Positions 60,372 to 64,000 of a stretch of DNA of 64,000 nt are shown piece after piece. A program made the position numbers and the translations under genes. The stretch's first letter is position 1, and every line of letters begins with the position of its first letter. The stretch is from Cocleimonas flava (GTDB taxonomy: Bacteria > Pseudomonadota > Gammaproteobacteria > Thiotrichales > Thiotrichaceae). Below the pieces are notes generated by a model. It worked only from the letters and a program-made list of their open reading frames with translations. It was not told the origin of the DNA and made no database searches. The stretch is taken from positions 309,351 through 373,350 of the forward strand of contig NZ_SMFQ01000002.1 of NCBI RefSeq assembly GCF_004339015.1, in the 5' to 3' direction.

Positions 60372-61733
60372 CTAGCCCTCCCTTTCAATAATTTCAAGAC
60401 AAGCGCGTAGTGCAGGACCGTATTCGTATTTGCTGTGACAAACAAACGTACACAAGGCGAGATCTTCTTCATCTAGCTCAAGACAACCTAGTTTTTGTGC
60501 AGTTTCAGTATCGCGTACCAATAACGCACGTAATAATTGTGTAGGCAAAATATCTAACGGCATTACTCTTTCATAACTTCCGAGAGGCACCATTGCTCTG
60601 GCACTACCATTTTGCGAACTACTAAATGAAAATTCCTGTTTATCCTTATTCAATGCATTGGTAAATACATTCATCACAGAGAATTGTTTTAAGAAAGGAT
60701 TCACCCAGTGTAGGAATTGTCGTTTTTGTCCTTCAGGCACAACACTTACCTGAAGATTAAAGCGACCCACATAAGATCGATTGCCTACTGCGTGTAAACC
60801 ACTCAGTACAGAACCAGAAATTACACGCGCATTGCCTTCTTTTAATTGTCCAGCAACCAATTCATTAGTTGATGCACCCATGCGAGAAGAAATTAAACGC
60901 GGTTCTTTAACCATTGGGCCTGCAAGAGAGAAGATACGATCTACATTGCGCTTTCCAGTGGTTAGCAATTTACCAATTGCAATCACATCCTGATAATGCA
61001 AATGCCAAACAGTACGTTTATCGCTCGCCGGTAAAATATTATGTATGTGTGTACCTACCAGACCAGCTGGGTGCTTACCCGAGAACTTTTTAGTAACTAC
61101 GTTGCTTTCAGGAGACTCAGGCAGCGTTGCATTATCATGCTGACAAACATAAACCTCGCCTTTTGTGAGTTTTGAAATTGCTTTCAAACCGTCTAGATAG
61201 GCTTCCGACTTATAATTAATGATGAGCTCAGGATTCGCGCTTAATGGATCAGTATCTATAGAACGCACAAAAATCCCAGCAGGCACGCTATCTACCTGAG
61301 GTGTTTTGCTGTAAGGACGGGTTCGAAACGCAGTCCAGGAACCACTGTCTTGTAGTATTTTGCGAATATCTTCAGCGGAGGCTGTATCTAGCTCTTCAGA
61401 AGAAAACTTAGGGAATTCAATGAATTCCTCTTCTTCATCGAGTTTAATGATTACCGATTGTAAAGCACGCTTCGCACCACGCGGAATCGCAGTAATCACA
61501 CCCGCACCTGGCGATGTATAATTAAACCCTGGATTACGCTTATCGGTGAAGAGTGCTTGACCACCCTTTACGTGATCACCCACTGCGACCAGCATAGATG
61601 GTCTTAGTAAATGGTAATCGGTACCGATAACTGCGACTGTTGTGATAGTCGGGGAGTTAGTCTCAATATCTTCGCTAATAGCTTGTACTGGCTCACCTGT
61701 TATGGAGATGTCCAGACCTTTCAAAATTTTCAT
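60372..61733 (-). CDS. nqrA: Na+-NQR subunit A
   Basis: 453 aa. Soluble. '[15 protein letters not shown]' NqrA-type N-terminus. First gene of the operon. Confidence 0.9.
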   Translation of the reverse strand: MKILKGLDISITGEPVQAISEDIETNSPTITTVAVIGTDYHLLRPSMLVAVGDHVKGGQALFTDKRNPGFNYTSPGAGVITAIPRGAKRALQSVIIKLDEEEEFIEFPKFSSEELDTASAEDIRKILQDSGSWTAFRTRPYSKTPQVDSVPAGIFVRSIDTDPLSANPELIINYKSEAYLDGLKAISKLTKGEVYVCQHDNATLPESPESNVVTKKFSGKHPAGLVGTHIHNILPASDKRTVWHLHYQDVIAIGKLLTTGKRNVDRIFSLAGPMVKEPRLISSRMGASTNELVAGQLKEGNARVISGSVLSGLHAVGNRSYVGRFNLQVSVVPEGQKRQFLHWVNPFLKQFSVMNVFTNALNKDKQEFSFSSSQNGSARAMVPLGSYERVMPLDILPTQLLRALLVRDTETAQKLGCLELDEEDLALCTFVCHSKYEYGPALRACLEIIEREG

Positions 61734-62063
61734 TTAGGTTGCAGTTCCGACTCTTAATTAGCTAGAGCCTATCAATAGTTAAAATTAAGATAATATAGCG
61801 GTGCAAATTAACATCATCAGCATTAAAATTCATGTACTTAAATGTATAAACACTATTTAAATTTTTATACTTTACATAAAAAGGCTTAAATATCCTTATG
61901 GGGCATAGTTTTGATCAATCGAAATTATTTATACCTATATTATTATCTAATTGCGAAATATCAAAAGGCTTACATTTTGTATGAAAATATCCCCTGTTTT
62001 AGAGGATTTTTGTACCGATTCATTCCAGTAAACTACGCTATACCCTTTTCAAGAAGACCCGCC

Positions 62064-63371
62064 TTACTCTGCACACAACACAAAGTAATTCTTTTTGCCA
62101 CGCTGCAATAACACGAACTTGTCATTAATCAGATCAGCATTGGTGATTTGATAGCCATCTTCCACCTTCTCTTTATTAACAGAGATAGAATTTTCTTTAA
62201 GTGCTCGACGCGCTTCGCCATTTGACTTTAAGAAACCTGTATCCGTGGCTAATGCAGCAACAATATCCAAACCATCCACGATCGCAGAAGCTGGCACTGT
62301 GGCTTTAGGCACGCCATCAAACACATCAAGGAAGGTTTGCTCATCAAGCTTTTTCAAATCTTCACTGGTCGACTTCCCAAACAAGATACCACTCGCCTGA
62401 ATTGCTTTTTCCAGCTCTTCTTCGGAATGCACCATTGCTGTAATTTCATTCGCCAGACGCTTTTGCAGCAAACGCAAATGCGGTGCTTCATTATGCTCTG
62501 CAATAAGGGCTTCAATCTCATCTTTACCCAAAAAAGTAAAAATACGAATAAAGTTTTCACTATCGACATCTGTTGAATTCAACCAGTACTGGTAGAACTT
62601 ATAAGGAGAGGTATATTTAGCAGATAACCAGACATTACCACCTTCACTCTTACCAAACTTGGAACCATCGGCTTTCGTAATTAATGGCGTGGTAATAGCG
62701 TATGCTTTGCCTCGTCCCATTCTGCGAACAAGCTCAGTACCCGTAGTAATATTACCCCACTGGTCGCTGCCACCCATTTGCAATGTGCAGTTTTTTTCTT
62801 GAAATAGATGAAAGAAATCATAACCTTGCACAAGCTGGTAAGTGAATTCGGTAAAACTCATTCCTTCAGTACCACCGGCATCTTCGGTTTCTGGCTTGAT
62901 ACGGTTTTTTACTGAATCCTTAGCCATCATATAATTGACGGTTATGTGTTTTCCCACATCACGAATGAAGTCTAAAAACGAAAACTCTTTCATCCAGTCG
63001 TAGTTATTGACTAATTCTGCACCATTTTCGGTATCCGAATTAAAATCAAGAAAATGCGCAAGCTGCTTTTTAATTGATTCTTGATTATGACGCAGCGTTT
63101 TTTCATCCAGCAAATTGCGTTCTGCAGATTTCCCCGAAGGGTCACCTATCATACCTGTAGCGCCTCCCACCAATGCAATAGGCTTGTGCCCACAACGCTG
63201 GAAATGCGCAAGCAGCATGATCGGAACCAAATTTCCTATATGTAAAGAATCTGCTGTAGGATCAAAGCCAACGTAGGCACTGCGAACCGCTTCCATCAAA
63301 TGTTCTTCAGCTCCTGGCATCACATCATGAATCATGTTGCGCCAGCGTAATTCTTCAATAAAATTTTTCAT
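62064..63371 (-). CDS. tyrS: Tyrosyl-tRNA synthetase
   Basis: 435 aa. 'HIGN' HIGH motif. 'KFGKS' KMSKS motif. C-terminal S4-like domain. Confidence 0.9.
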   Translation of the reverse strand: MKNFIEELRWRNMIHDVMPGAEEHLMEAVRSAYVGFDPTADSLHIGNLVPIMLLAHFQRCGHKPIALVGGATGMIGDPSGKSAERNLLDEKTLRHNQESIKKQLAHFLDFNSDTENGAELVNNYDWMKEFSFLDFIRDVGKHITVNYMMAKDSVKNRIKPETEDAGGTEGMSFTEFTYQLVQGYDFFHLFQEKNCTLQMGGSDQWGNITTGTELVRRMGRGKAYAITTPLITKADGSKFGKSEGGNVWLSAKYTSPYKFYQYWLNSTDVDSENFIRIFTFLGKDEIEALIAEHNEAPHLRLLQKRLANEITAMVHSEEELEKAIQASGILFGKSTSEDLKKLDEQTFLDVFDGVPKATVPASAIVDGLDIVAALATDTGFLKSNGEARRALKENSISVNKEKVEDGYQITNADLINDKFVLLQRGKKNYFVLCAE

Positions 63372-63440
63372 ATTAGATTCTTAATTTTTAGTCTGATATC
63401 TCGAGGTGCGTATTATAGGCGAGATTCGAGATAAGAAAAG

Positions 63441-63470
63441 ACACCCCCCTACTTTTATAGCTTTTTCCAG
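63441..63470 (+). repeat. REP-like element ('acacccccctacttttatagctttttcc')
   Basis: Core match. Located in the tyrS upstream region. Confidence 0.6.
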
Positions 63471-63621
63471 CATATTTAAATTTAAAAGCATCAGCTTCCG
63501 CAGATTGAAGTATTCATACATACTTATCATAGATAGTAATTTATTGAATTTAATAGATATGACTTATTGATTAATTTAGAATCCTTGCTTCTATTTATTA
63601 AGGTTTGAAGATCAAAGAAGC

Positions 63622-64000
63622 ATGATAAGAAAATATACAAAACTATTGAGTGTAATAGCAATCATTACTATCTTTCTGACTAACATATCAGGCTGCTCTT
63701 CTCCATTGAAAGAAAAAAGAAACTTCGGAGAAGGAGAAGTCACTCTTATAGCTCCTGCTGAGTTAATGATTAGAATAATCGATAATAAAAAGATCAAAAT
63801 GGCTGACTTCAGAGACGGGACTTACACGATCAGGCTCCCTAAAGGACAACATTCGATTGTTTTTGAATACATTGATAACTGGAATAGAAAAACAGATATG
63901 GCAAACATCATGCGATCCCCTCCAGTTGTGCTAACTTATAATTATAATTCCTCTCACTCTTATATACTTAATTATAAGAGACCCGAGAGCGCCGAAGAAG
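63622..64000 (+). CDS. Lipoprotein, 5' portion (runs off window end)
   Basis: Open frame from ATG 63622 to the window end (126+ codons). Lipobox 'LTNISGC'. 'aagaag' RBS-like sequence upstream. Absent from the supplied track because there is no in-window stop. Confidence 0.5.
   Translation, partial: MIRKYTKLLSVIAIITIFLTNISGCSSPLKEKRNFGEGEVTLIAPAELMIRIIDNKKIKMADFRDGTYTIRLPKGQHSIVFEYIDNWNRKTDMANIMRSPPVVLTYNYNSSHSYILNYKRPESAEE

Overview
This window is a chromosomal segment from a marine-type gammaproteobacterium with roughly 42% GC. Conserved housekeeping genes are interrupted by several accessory insertions. Left to right, the housekeeping genes are asnB, sodB, argD-argF-prfC, hflX-hfq, miaA, mutL, a complete Na+-NQR operon (nqrABCDEF plus nqrM) and tyrS. 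The accessory content is as follows. (1) Three tandem paralogous secreted metzincin-type zinc metalloproteases each carry a GlyGly-CTERM (rhombosortase-type) sorting tail. (2) A 4-gene block (a periplasmic thioredoxin-fold protein, a TolC-like protein, an HlyD-like adaptor and a beta-barrel) sits between hfq and miaA, and hflKC are absent after hflX. (3) There is a ParE/RelE-type toxin-antitoxin pair. (4) A yqiJ (NfeD-like) - yqiK (flotillin/SPFH) operon continues without a gap into a giant 1818-aa coiled-coil protein with a MoxR/AAA_5-type ATPase core. This is my top candidate for an undescribed system. (5) An AT-rich island of about 5.7 kb sits immediately 3' of tRNA-Cys/tRNA-Leu. It encodes two C5-cytosine DNA methyltransferases flanking a DUF3883-like putative nuclease, plus a NERD-UvrD-like helicase. 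(6) A periplasmic PhnD-like binding protein is paired with a HAMP-GAF-PAS-GGDEF sensor. Almost every intergenic region carries a short genome-specific REP-like element (core 'cacccccctactttggggcactttttt', about 18 copies), sometimes as inverted pairs. These are sometimes fused with two or three other small repeat families into mosaic, MITE-like composites. The composites are most concentrated between the giant ATPase gene and the tRNAs, and upstream of the CBS-domain gene. All protein assignments rest on motifs read directly from the supplied translations; no database search was possible.
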